Shown: positions 43,715-53,309 of the stretch, in pieces | Layout of the letters: each line of letters opens with the position of its first letter | Position numbering within the stretch: position 1 is the stretch's first letter | Made by a program: the position numbers and the translations under genes | Notes under the pieces: generated by a model | The model's input: the letters and a program-made list of their open reading frames with translations, nothing else | Databases searched by the model: none | Told to the model about the DNA's origin: nothing | NCBI GenBank assembly: GCA_963782115.1 | Contig: CAWAIK010000001.1 | Coordinates: 192,001 to 256,000 of the forward strand | Direction of reading: 5' to 3' | Length of the DNA: 64,000 bases | Source of the DNA: an uncultured Verrucomicrobiae bacterium | Lineage (GTDB): Bacteria > Verrucomicrobiota > Verrucomicrobiia > Chthoniobacterales > JAFAMB01

Positions 43715-45691
43715 ATGTGCGGCATCGCTGGTATCGTCGATCTAGCCGGACGCCGAACGATAACGGAGGGCATCGTCCAAAGGATGACGCAGGCGATATT
43801 TCACCGCGGCCCTGACGAGGAGGGCTATTTTAAGAGATCTGGCGTTGTTTTTGGATCGCGGCGGCTCAGTATCGTCGGCCTGGCGGATGGGCAGCAGCCG
43901 GTCGCCAACGAAGACCGGAGTGTGTTTGCCGTGTTCAATGGAGAGTTCTTTGACTACCCCGAGAAACGCGCAGAGCTGGAAGCGCGCGGGCACCGACTGG
44001 TCACTCACTGCGATACTGAAATTATCCCACACTTTTGGGAAGAGCGTCAGGAAGGCATGTTCGAGAGGCTACGCGGCCAGTTCGCCTTGGCGCTGTGGGA
44101 TGAGCGCCGGCATCGTTTGGTGCTTGGACGCGATCGTTTCGGCATCTGTCCGCTCTACTGGACACGTCAGGGGGACTGGCTTTTGTTCGCCTCGGAAATC
44201 AAGGCTCTTCTGGCTTCGGGTATGGTGCCTGCGCGACCCGATCTGCGCGGTATAGACCACATTTTTACGTTTGCCGCTCTACCGGGGCCGATAACCTGCT
44301 TTGAAGGTGTGCAGCTTCTGCCTGCTGGGCACTATCTGCAAATAAGTCCGGCGAGCGATCACGGCGCGACGTCCGTCGTCAGCGAACGTGCGTACTGGGA
44401 GATGGATTTCCCGGATCGTGGCGACGAGAACCGTGGGCCGGATTCGCGCGCTCTGGTGGATCGCTTTGAAAAGTTCATGCTGGATGCTGTGGAGAAGCGA
44501 CTGCGAGCGGATGTGCCGGTGGGTGCCTATTTGTCGGGTGGCGTGGATTCGAGCATGATCGCTGCGCTCGCCTGCCATCTAAAGGGTCCGGCGATTAACA
44601 CCTACACGATTCGCGTCGACGCTCCTGAACTCGACGAACTCAGTGCGGCCAATCTCGTGGCCCGGCACATCGGCACGAAGCCGCCGATCGTCCAGGATTG
44701 CAGAGCCGCCGACGTCCTCAACACTTATCCCCAGCTCATCGAAGCGGCAGAGGCTCCGGTAATCGACACCTCGTGTGCAGCTCTGCTTCAATTGGCGCAT
44801 CGCGTTCATGCGTGCGGCCAGAAAGTGGTGCTAACCGGGGAAGGGGCCGACGAATGGCTGGTCGGTTATCCTTGGTATAAAGGGGCCAAAGCGCTGGGCT
44901 TTCTGGACCTCTTGCCCGGACTGCCTCTCAGCGATGGCGTACGCCGCTCCTATCTTTCGCTGCGCAAAGTCCCCCAATATCCTCGCGAGTTTCGACGTAA
45001 GGTGGAGGAATCCGTCGGCGGTCCCAACGCCTGGATTGATGCTTACGGGCTTCTCGGGCTCTCAAAGCTTCGCTTCTACGCTGCGCCAATGCGCGACGTG
45101 CTCGAGAAATTCAATCCCTGGACTGATCTGCACATTCCACTGGAGCGTGCCAAACGCTGGCACCCGCTGAATCGGGGCATCTGGGTCGCAGCACGCGTCA
45201 CTCTGGCGGGACTCCTGCTTCAGGCCAAAGGGGATCGTGTGTCGATGCACTCCTCTGTGGAGGTGCGATATCCTTTCCTCGATGAAGAGGTCTTCGATTT
45301 TTTGGCGGGAGTGCACCCGCGTTGGAAACTCCGCGGTTTTCGGGACAAACACTTGCTGCGCCTCCTGGCCGAACGTTGGCTTCCACCATCCGTCTACCGA
45401 CGGCGCAAGGTTATCTTCCGCGCTCCGCTGGACAGTTTCCACATTGAACCGGAGCCGGCGTTTGTCGCGCAGCTCTTAGGCGAAGAATCGCTGCGGCGAA
45501 CAGGATATTTTGAGGTTGCGGCGGTGCATCACTGGCGGCGGGCTTTTCGCGTGATGCCCGCCGGCTCTCTGCCGCGCCTTTCCGTGGAGATGGGTTTGAC
45601 GGCGGTCGTGGCGACTCAGCTCTGGCATCACCTGTTCCTTGGCGGGAAACTAGCAGAATTGCCGACATGGACAAACCGTGGGCAAGCATAG
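43715..45691 (+). CDS. asnB: Asparagine synthetase B-like glutamine amidotransferase
   Basis: N-terminal MCGI (Ntn Cys), RGPD, RLSIV, NGE, LSGGVDSS, TGEGADE, RYPFLD. Substrate may not be aspartate. Confidence 0.9.
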   Translation: MCGIAGIVDLAGRRTITEGIVQRMTQAIFHRGPDEEGYFKRSGVVFGSRRLSIVGLADGQQPVANEDRSVFAVFNGEFFDYPEKRAELEARGHRLVTHCDTEIIPHFWEERQEGMFERLRGQFALALWDERRHRLVLGRDRFGICPLYWTRQGDWLLFASEIKALLASGMVPARPDLRGIDHIFTFAALPGPITCFEGVQLLPAGHYLQISPASDHGATSVVSERAYWEMDFPDRGDENRGPDSRALVDRFEKFMLDAVEKRLRADVPVGAYLSGGVDSSMIAALACHLKGPAINTYTIRVDAPELDELSAANLVARHIGTKPPIVQDCRAADVLNTYPQLIEAAEAPVIDTSCAALLQLAHRVHACGQKVVLTGEGADEWLVGYPWYKGAKALGFLDLLPGLPLSDGVRRSYLSLRKVPQYPREFRRKVEESVGGPNAWIDAYGLLGLSKLRFYAAPMRDVLEKFNPWTDLHIPLERAKRWHPLNRGIWVAARVTLAGLLLQAKGDRVSMHSSVEVRYPFLDEEVFDFLAGVHPRWKLRGFRDKHLLRLLAERWLPPSVYRRRKVIFRAPLDSFHIEPEPAFVAQLLGEESLRRTGYFEVAAVHHWRRAFRVMPAGSLPRLSVEMGLTAVVATQLWHHLFLGGKLAELPTWTNRGQA

Positions 45692-45700
45692 GCTAAACAA

Positions 45701-47038
45701 ATGAAAAAACGCCGCTACGTCATCGCACCATGGATACTGGCAGGGCTTTTGCTGACAAGCTGTCTCAGCGGCTGCTCAATCCTGCAAAGACATGCGCCGA
45801 ATGTTTCGCACGACCGCGCGTTCATCGATTACTGGCCGGCCCCTCGCAACAGCAAGCAGTTGAGGCTTGCAGTCAAAGATAACATCGATATGAAAGGCGT
45901 CGTCACCAGCGCCGGCTCTGAATATGTCTCTAAGAACAATCCGCCGGCTGCGCGTGATGCGGACTGCCTGGCTATCGCGCGCAAGCGAAACGTGCGGATC
46001 GTGGGAAAGACAAACCTCAGCGAATTTGCTGTGGCTCCTTCCGGCCTGAACGATTACTTCGGAACTCCGAAAAATCCACTCAGCAAGCGGCGCAAGCTCA
46101 TACCGGGAGGTTCGTCGAGCGGTTCAGCGGTGGCGGTCGCAAACGGAGGTGCCGACGTCGCCTTTGGAACGGATACCGCGGGTTCCATCCGCGTACCGGC
46201 AGCCTGCTGCGGCGTTGTTGGATTGAAGACTACTTTTGGCCTCATTTCCACAAAGGGTGTATTCCCGATTGAGTCAAAGCATCTGGATACAGTGGGGCCG
46301 ATGGGCAAAGACGTGGCTCACGTTGTACAAGGGATGGACCTTTTGCAAGACGGGTTTACCACACGATATCGAACAGCCATGGCCGCCAAACCGTCGGCCA
46401 AGAAGATTAGAATTGGACGACTTTACCTGAGCGGCACCGACCCTAAGATCGACAAAGCAGTGGATCAAGCTCTCGCCCAAGGACATTTTCAAGTGATCAC
46501 ACTGAACCACAGCTTCAAAACGAAGTGGGATCAGGCCAAAAATGATGGAAATACCGTGGCGGCAGCTGGCGCTTGGGTAAGCGATCGAGAGTACATATAC
46601 AAGAGGGGAGTGCGTATCAGGACCCTGGCGGCGGTAGTCTTGGGGAGAGTTTTATATCCCGCCCAGTACCGGGGAGCCCTCCGTAGGCGGGCGCAGTGGC
46701 AGCACGCTCTCGGCCAAATCTTCAAAAAGGTCGACTTCATTGCTCTCCCAACGCTTCAGTCCTTGCCTCCGACCATCCCGCGTATTGGAAAAATAGCCCT
46801 TTTAGAAGCGCGAGTGCTGATTATGCAAAACACCGTGCCGGTAAATCTTGCCGGAAATCCTGCGCTTGCGGTACCGATTCCGGTGAATGATAAGACCGTT
46901 CCCGTCACCAGCCTGCAGCTTGTCGGACCCCGGTTGAGCGAAGCAGCACTTCTAAATGCGGGTCGCCTGATTGAGGCCGAACGTCCACAGCTTGAACAGC
47001 AGGTGCGCGGCCGCAAAATTCTCCTGCGCACGCGCTGA
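45701..47038 (+). CDS. Amidase-signature enzyme, probable lipoprotein
   Basis: AVKD, GGSSSGSAVAVA, GTDTAGSIRVPA. The N-terminus has lipobox-like LTSC/LSGC. Confidence 0.9.
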   Translation: MKKRRYVIAPWILAGLLLTSCLSGCSILQRHAPNVSHDRAFIDYWPAPRNSKQLRLAVKDNIDMKGVVTSAGSEYVSKNNPPAARDADCLAIARKRNVRIVGKTNLSEFAVAPSGLNDYFGTPKNPLSKRRKLIPGGSSSGSAVAVANGGADVAFGTDTAGSIRVPAACCGVVGLKTTFGLISTKGVFPIESKHLDTVGPMGKDVAHVVQGMDLLQDGFTTRYRTAMAAKPSAKKIRIGRLYLSGTDPKIDKAVDQALAQGHFQVITLNHSFKTKWDQAKNDGNTVAAAGAWVSDREYIYKRGVRIRTLAAVVLGRVLYPAQYRGALRRRAQWQHALGQIFKKVDFIALPTLQSLPPTIPRIGKIALLEARVLIMQNTVPVNLAGNPALAVPIPVNDKTVPVTSLQLVGPRLSEAALLNAGRLIEAERPQLEQQVRGRKILLRTR

Positions 47039-47144
47039 AAGCACCGGTGAGCACGCCGCGGCGTTACGGGGTTGCTGGTGCGCAAATGTGCTGCTAGTAT
47101 ATCAGCCGCGACCGAACTTTTCGTCGCCAACGGTTTGGAAGTCC

Positions 47145-47912
47145 ATGAATCACGCTTTCTCCAGGATCCTTCCCGCGATCGCAGCGCTGCGAATGTCGGG
47201 GATGGCATTCGGGGCAGAGGCCGCTGACGACCTAATCGAAAAGGGCGACCTATTTTATGCGAAGTTGCAAGCTGCCAACGCGCTCAGATTCTACCTGCCC
47301 GCGGAAAAGCTTGAGCCGAATAACGTGCGCCTCCTGGTGCGAATCTCGCGCGAATACCGCCACCTGATGAGCGACGCCGCGACGCCGGAGCAGAAGCTTA
47401 GTCTCTGCAGCACTGCGGTGAACTATGCGAAGCGTGCCGCGGCTCTCGATCCGAATGAACCGGAAGCCCAGCTCGCCTTAGCGATCAGCTATGGAAAACT
47501 GGAACCCTTTGAAGGCATTCGGGAAAGACTCGAGACTGCGCGCGTTATCAAGGACGCCGCGGATAAGGTGATCGAGCTCGATCCGCGTAACGATTTGGGC
47601 TGGCACGTGCTGGGCCGTTGGCACATGGCGTTTGCCGATGTTGCCCCGGCCCTGCGTGTCCTGGCACAATTGACTTACGGCAAGCTGCCGGATTCTACGT
47701 ACGAAGACGCTACCAGATGCTTCGAGAAGGCGATCGAACTCAATCCCCATCGCCTCATGCACTACATTGAGCTTGGACGAGTCTACGCCCACATGGGACG
47801 AACCGACGACGCCCGGAGTTTCATCACCAAGGGTTTGGGGATGCGGGATACGGAAAAAGACGATCCCGAGATCAAGCGTCAAGGGAAAGAGTTGCTGGCA
47901 ACACTTCAATAA
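47145..47912 (+). CDS. Exported TPR-repeat protein
   Basis: Signal-like N-terminus and TPR turns (ALDPNEP, ELDPRND, FEKAIELNP, ELGRVY). Confidence 0.75.
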   Translation: MNHAFSRILPAIAALRMSGMAFGAEAADDLIEKGDLFYAKLQAANALRFYLPAEKLEPNNVRLLVRISREYRHLMSDAATPEQKLSLCSTAVNYAKRAAALDPNEPEAQLALAISYGKLEPFEGIRERLETARVIKDAADKVIELDPRNDLGWHVLGRWHMAFADVAPALRVLAQLTYGKLPDSTYEDATRCFEKAIELNPHRLMHYIELGRVYAHMGRTDDARSFITKGLGMRDTEKDDPEIKRQGKELLATLQ

Positions 47913-47988
47913 AACTCCGGAGGCTAAACCGGAAGACACTTCGTAACAGATCGGACGTACTCGGACCGTCTCTTGATTACAACCTGTC

Positions 47989-48354
47989 ATGGCGCACGTT
48001 AGTGGCATGGTCGATTGGGAGGATCTTGCTCAACGGCACATTGCCGAGATTCAGCGCACACTGCCGGGGCCGATCCGGGCCCGAGCGTCAGAAGTCCCGG
48101 TCTTTTTCATTTGGGCAGGGGACGAAACAGGCGGCGCATGCCTGGGCATTTTCGAGGGGCACTCCTTAATGGAGGGACCGGCGGCTCAGCCCGACGAGTT
48201 GCCGCGGATCACCCTTTTCATCGACACCATCGCTCAAGTAGCAGATTTCCGGCAGACGGCTTTTCTTCGAGAGGTGCGGATTACCTACCTGCACGAATTG
48301 GGGCATTTCTTCGGGTGGGACGAAGAACAGATCGCAAATGTCGGCTTGGGATGA
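47989..48354 (+). CDS. Minimal zincin-like metallopeptidase
   Basis: LGIFEG, PRITLF, ITYLHELGHFFG (HExxH). Confidence 0.85.
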   Translation: MAHVSGMVDWEDLAQRHIAEIQRTLPGPIRARASEVPVFFIWAGDETGGACLGIFEGHSLMEGPAAQPDELPRITLFIDTIAQVADFRQTAFLREVRITYLHELGHFFGWDEEQIANVGLG

Positions 48355-48447
48355 GGCACCGTCCGCCGTTCGGCGTCTCGCAATTTAATTCAAGCCGAAT
48401 CGAATCCCGTGTTCGGCAAAACTCTCATGGGAAAGCAGGTTCGGATT

Positions 48448-49491
48448 TCAGGCTGAAGCCTGTTCGCCGCGACCTCGAATCACCATTTTCAGAGCTTTAA
48501 GCTCTCCCCGAGCCATGCGCTCCATGACGCCGGGCGTTTCCTCGAGCGAGCACCAACCACTAATGAGCCGACGCAGCTGAATCTTCGTTCTCGACGCCAG
48601 ACGTACCGCTTTTTCAAATTCAGTGCGAGTGAATCCGTATGACCCGCGAAGGGTTGTCTCATTCGAAGTCACTCCCTGTAACGGAAGCGTGAACTCCTTG
48701 GCCAGATTTCCAATAAGAACGACCGTCCCGCCGAAGTCGCAGAGATCATACGCCGTCCGCACAGTGGCCGCCATTCCCACCGCTTCGAAGACGCCATTAG
48801 CCTTCCGTCCGCTGGTTTCGTCAGCGATAATCTGCGCCGCTAGATCACGATCGGCGCGGATCGTCTTCGCGCCAAATTTCTCTGCCAGTTCCAGCTTTTC
48901 GGCGATTTTATCGATGATAAAGATCGATTTTACACCGAGATCCCGCAGCACGACGACCAAGGCCAGGCCGATTGTCCCAGCCCCGACGATGGCCAGGATT
49001 GCGCTCTTATCCGGATTCATCAGGTGAACAGCGTGAAGAGCGACGGCAAGCGGCTCGGCAAAGAGACCAATCGCAGGATCAACTTGCGGATCGAGCCGGA
49101 AGGCCTGGCGCTGGTGACAGGTGAAGAAGTCTGCCATCGCGCCCCAGTGACCGGCGTTGACCCCGAGAATACGCTTTTCGGGACAGATATGTTCCATTCC
49201 AGCCAGGCAATGTCGGCAGATCCCGCATCCCAGGAGGGGAAAAACGGCCACCCGATCTCCGGGACGAAGCGAGGTAACCTTGGCGCCCGCCTTCGCCACG
49301 GTGCCGGCCACCTCATGCCCCATGACCATGCCTGGCTTTCGCCGACCGCTTTCCCCCGTAAAGCCATGGACATCGCTGCCGCAGATGCCAACCGCATCGG
49401 CGCGGATTAGCACCTCTTCGGAACCAAACGAGGGCGTCGGAGCCTCCTCGAGCGAGAATTGCCAAGGGCCGTTGAACTGGAGGATTTTCAT
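48448..49491 (-). CDS. Zn-dependent sugar-alcohol dehydrogenase (MDR)
   Basis: GICGSD, GHE, CGICRHC..C, EPLAV, GAGTIG. Confidence 0.92.
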   Translation of the reverse strand: MKILQFNGPWQFSLEEAPTPSFGSEEVLIRADAVGICGSDVHGFTGESGRRKPGMVMGHEVAGTVAKAGAKVTSLRPGDRVAVFPLLGCGICRHCLAGMEHICPEKRILGVNAGHWGAMADFFTCHQRQAFRLDPQVDPAIGLFAEPLAVALHAVHLMNPDKSAILAIVGAGTIGLALVVVLRDLGVKSIFIIDKIAEKLELAEKFGAKTIRADRDLAAQIIADETSGRKANGVFEAVGMAATVRTAYDLCDFGGTVVLIGNLAKEFTLPLQGVTSNETTLRGSYGFTRTEFEKAVRLASRTKIQLRRLISGWCSLEETPGVMERMARGELKALKMVIRGRGEQASA

Positions 49492-49494
49492 AGA

Positions 49495-50273
49495 TTAAGT
49501 CGAGGGATTGGGTCGCAGGAAAAAACCCCCGTCGACAGTGTAAAGCGAGCCGACCGCATAGCTGGCCTGATCGGATAGAAGGAACTCGATGACTGCTGCT
49601 ATTTCGTCGGATTGGGCGGCGCGACCGATCGGGATCGACCGAGATAGCCGGTTTTGCTCCTCCTCCGAGAACCAGCGCCGCTCCCCTGGAGTGTGAGTCC
49701 ACCCAATGTCGACGGCATTGAGACGGATGTCGTGCTCGATCAATGCCAAAGCCGCGCCACGCATGAAATGATTGAGCGCGGCTTTGGAGACATCGTAGGC
49801 GAAAGCGTTCTTGAATACCATCGTTCCATGACCGGAGGAGCACACCACCATTTGCCCCTTGCGCCCGGCCGCAATCATCTCGCGGGCGACTTTCTGGATG
49901 ATCTGAAAATTGCCCAGGATATTGATGTCAAGCGTCCGCTGGATCAACGGGAGATCGGTCTCAAAAAATCCCTTCTTCTCCTGGTAGGCCGCGTTGCAGA
50001 CCAAAAGATCGAGCGAACATTCTGATGGATATGGCCAAGCATGGCTTCCACCGCCTCGGGTGTGCCCAAATCGGCCTTGATTAATTCCGAGGCGTAACCA
50101 GCCTCATGGAATTGGTCGAGCGCTTCTCGAGCAGCCTGCTCATTTCTGGCGTAATTCAAGTAAACCACGGCGCCCTGGCGCGCCAACCGCTCGGCGATCG
50201 CTTTGCCGATGCCTTGCGTACCGCCCGTGATAAGAGCCCGCTTTTTCCTAAATTCGGGATAGGTGGGACTCAT
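49495..50273 (-). pseudogene. SDR oxidoreductase with a frameshift near 50015 (real or sequencing error)
   Basis: TGGTQGIG in one frame; LDLLVCNAA and YDVSK in another. Confidence 0.8.
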
Positions 50274-50289
50274 GGCAAACTGTGCGCTT

Positions 50290-51171
50290 TCATTTGAAAT
50301 GCAGGTCGATCTTTTTCTTCAGAAATCGGACGGATTCGCGCATGTCCTCGATGCCATTCATCCCGTCCTCGATCGAGATCCAGGAGGAAAAGCCAACGGA
50401 ATTCAAGGTAGAGAATATTTTGTCATAGTCGTTGAGTCCCTGCCCGATAACTCCATGTGAGAGGCGACTGGCATAACCAAAAGCATCCTCCTCTCTTCGA
50501 AGATCTTCCAGAGTACCGCTATTAAGAAAGCGATCACTGGCGTGCATAGACACCACACGGTGCTTTACACGATTAAGCATTACTAACGGATCCTCGCCGG
50601 CCAGGAGGGTATTGGAGGGGTCATAATTAATGCCAAACCACGGAGAATCGATCTGATCGATGATCGCGGTAAAGATCTCCATCTTTTGGGCGAATTCGGG
50701 ATAGCGCCAATAACTATCTTTGTAGTGGTTTTCCATCGACAGAACCACATTATGCTTTTCCGCAAATGGTAGAAGGCTCTTGATAACTCGAACAACTTGG
50801 GCAATACCGGTTTCGATAGATAGTCCCGGCCGCCGTTGGCCGGAGAGAACGCGGCAGAAGCGTCCACCAAAAAAGGCGGTCATTTCGATCATCCGCCGCT
50901 CTTGCGCAATTTGGTCCGCCAGCAAATCGGGATCAGGCTCGGTAAAGTCAGGAGAGCAACAGAGCATCGGCATCTCCAGCCGGTGTTTTTCCAGCGATGC
51001 TTTCGTCTCCCTCAAGAATGCTTCGTTATCCTCAAAAAATCCGGAATAAAACTCGAGTCCTTGCACTCCGAGCGTGGCACCTGTTTCAATCCATTCACCG
51101 AGGGTCATTGTCCGGTGCACGCACAACTCGTCCATGTAACATTTTGGGAAGGCTGCCAGTTTTGGTTTCAT
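50290..51171 (-). CDS. Sugar phosphate isomerase/epimerase (TIM barrel, IolE/XylA-like)
   Basis: RVLSGQ, MENHYK, NYDPSN, MHASD, ISIEDG. Confidence 0.85.
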   Translation of the reverse strand: MKPKLAAFPKCYMDELCVHRTMTLGEWIETGATLGVQGLEFYSGFFEDNEAFLRETKASLEKHRLEMPMLCCSPDFTEPDPDLLADQIAQERRMIEMTAFFGGRFCRVLSGQRRPGLSIETGIAQVVRVIKSLLPFAEKHNVVLSMENHYKDSYWRYPEFAQKMEIFTAIIDQIDSPWFGINYDPSNTLLAGEDPLVMLNRVKHRVVSMHASDRFLNSGTLEDLRREEDAFGYASRLSHGVIGQGLNDYDKIFSTLNSVGFSSWISIEDGMNGIEDMRESVRFLKKKIDLHFK

Positions 51172-51278
51172 GATTGTTTGTATAGCGTCGGTTACCCGGG
51201 TGTGGCCGATAGCCACGGCGAGTTCAAATCTTTTGAGATCCCGGGCTATTTCGGGGACAGGACACTAGAACTACAAAA

Positions 51279-52109
51279 CTAGATGCCTGTACTGGATCCA
51301 AGTTCGTCCGCTGCGGCAGCAATTGCTTGACGGCCAAGGCCCGATTTAACGATCCGAATCAGTTCTTCCTCGCTTGTCTCGGAGGTGGAGGCATCCAACA
51401 CGATCTCGCCAGAGTGCAGGAAGTTAATGCGATCGCACACCTCAAAGACCTGGTTATAGTTGTGCACGATCAAAATGATAGAGACGCCGCGTTGACGCCG
51501 GAGATTCTGGATCAGGCCTAAAACGTGGGCGCCCTCTCGCACGCCCAGAGCAGCCAGCGGCTCATCCAGAACCAGGATGGTAGGCGACGAATAGATCGAA
51601 CGCGCCACGGCAACGGACTGTCGCTGTCCGCCGGACAACAGGTCGACTGTGCTGTTCACGCTGGGAATTTGGATTCCCAGCGAGTTGAGATAAGTCTGAG
51701 CCAGATCGCGCATCTTCCGGTTGTCCAGCAGCTTCAACCCCAGGACGCGCTTGTGATACTCGCGCCCGAGGAACATGTTGTGGTAGATGCTGAGGTCGTT
51801 GATCAGCGCGAGGTCCTGGTAGACGGTCTCGATGCCTTGGGCGCGCGCATCGCGAGGTGAGCCGAAGTGTACCTCTTTCCCATGGTAAACAATTGTGCCG
51901 TTGTCAGGATGGTGAAACCCGGAGAGGATCTTGATCAGGGTGGATTTGCCCGCGCCGTTATCGCCGACCAAGGCCAGTACTTCTCCTTGACGGAGCTTTA
52001 TGCTGACGTCGACCAGCGCGGTGACGGCGCCAAAGCTCTTGCTGATGCGGTTCATCTCGAGAATAACTGGAGTGCTCGGGTTGAGAGCGGGAATGTCCTT
52101 ATGGTTCAT
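51279..52109 (-). CDS. Sugar ABC ATP-binding protein, single NBD (FrcA-like)
   Basis: GDNGAGKS, IETVYQDLAL, LSGGQRQ, LDEPLAALG. ATGA overlap with the permease. Confidence 0.92.
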   Translation of the reverse strand: MNHKDIPALNPSTPVILEMNRISKSFGAVTALVDVSIKLRQGEVLALVGDNGAGKSTLIKILSGFHHPDNGTIVYHGKEVHFGSPRDARAQGIETVYQDLALINDLSIYHNMFLGREYHKRVLGLKLLDNRKMRDLAQTYLNSLGIQIPSVNSTVDLLSGGQRQSVAVARSIYSSPTILVLDEPLAALGVREGAHVLGLIQNLRRQRGVSIILIVHNYNQVFEVCDRINFLHSGEIVLDASTSETSEEELIRIVKSGLGRQAIAAAADELGSSTGI

Positions 52110-53182
52110 ATGCGTCTCCGGGCGCGCACTCGGTCGACTTGCACGTTCAGTATCATGGCCAGGATGATCGCAGTGCCCAAGTAGATGTCGGAGACGGTAG
52201 CCTGCGCGCCCATCATGACAAGACCGTTGTTGAGCGTGGCTACCACGAACGCTCCCAGCAGTGAGCCAATGGCCGTGCCGGAGCCGCCGAGCAGAGAAGT
52301 CCCGCCGATCACCGCTGCAGCGATGGCTTGCAGCGTGAGAAAGGGGCCGCCGGCCAGTGGATCGGCTGAGGCGAACTGAATAGTGTTGATAACGCCGGCC
52401 CCAGCGGCAAAGGCCCCGGCAATCATGAAATTGTACACCTTGATCCGGTTGGTGCGGACGCCGATCTCCTGCGCCCCGATGATGTTGCTGCCGGTCGCAA
52501 TCGTGTGCAAGCCGAAGGTCGTTCTGTTCAGCACCAAGGCCATCACGGCGACGACCATGAGGGTCCACAGGAAAGGGGTAAATGCCGTTAAGCCATGCCA
52601 GGACCAGAGAGAATCGTTTGGGCTGTACAGGTTCTCGCCGAAGATCTCATTGAATGGTTCTTGCACGGGCGCCACGATGGGTTGGCTATTGTAAATCGAC
52701 ACGACAACGCCTTGCAGCAGGAAAAAGGTGCCGACCGTCGTGATCAATGAGGGCACGCGGAATCTGACGGTGATGATGCCGTTGACAAAGCCTATCAGCA
52801 CACCGAGCAAGATCCCGGCGAGGGCGCTCACGACCAGCGGAACACCCCATCCAATGGACATCAGGACCATCACGTAGGGAGCGAGAGAGAAAGTACTGCC
52901 GACCGAAAGGTCGATTTCGCCGGTGATCATCAGCATAACTTCGGCCACGGCGATCAAGCCAAACCGGGCGGTATCGCGGAGAACGACACTCAGCTCTTGC
53001 GAGGAGAGGAAAATCCCATTGCTGCCGAACTGGAAGTAGATGACGAGGACAATCGCGACGACCGCGATGCTGGCCTCCCGATAGCGGGAAAGGATGACCA
53101 GAGCTTTCTCCAATGCGGTGTCCGGTACCTTGATGCCAACCTTGCGCCCCGCTATCTCGCCGGTCCGGCTTGTCCGCGCCAT
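52106..53182 (-). CDS. Sugar ABC permease
   Basis: GEIDLSVGS, VPSLITT, AIAAAVIGGTSLLGG. Confidence 0.92.
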   Translation of the reverse strand: MARTSRTGEIAGRKVGIKVPDTALEKALVILSRYREASIAVVAIVLVIYFQFGSNGIFLSSQELSVVLRDTARFGLIAVAEVMLMITGEIDLSVGSTFSLAPYVMVLMSIGWGVPLVVSALAGILLGVLIGFVNGIITVRFRVPSLITTVGTFFLLQGVVVSIYNSQPIVAPVQEPFNEIFGENLYSPNDSLWSWHGLTAFTPFLWTLMVVAVMALVLNRTTFGLHTIATGSNIIGAQEIGVRTNRIKVYNFMIAGAFAAGAGVINTIQFASADPLAGGPFLTLQAIAAAVIGGTSLLGGSGTAIGSLLGAFVVATLNNGLVMMGAQATVSDIYLGTAIILAMILNVQVDRVRARRRI

Positions 53183-53309
53183 ATCTGCCTCTTTACACAA
53201 AGCTCTTTTGGCAGTGACCGATGGTCCACGCCGGACCACGGCGCGCAATTTGCCCATTCCTTTCGGCGCCGTGTACTCGCATCACCATCAATGACCGGAC
53301 AACAGGAGA

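Noticed and set aside
51279..52568. 429-aa version of the ABC ATPase
   Set aside because: The extra N-terminus is an out-of-frame overlap with the permease. The ATGA-coupled start at 52109 fits better.
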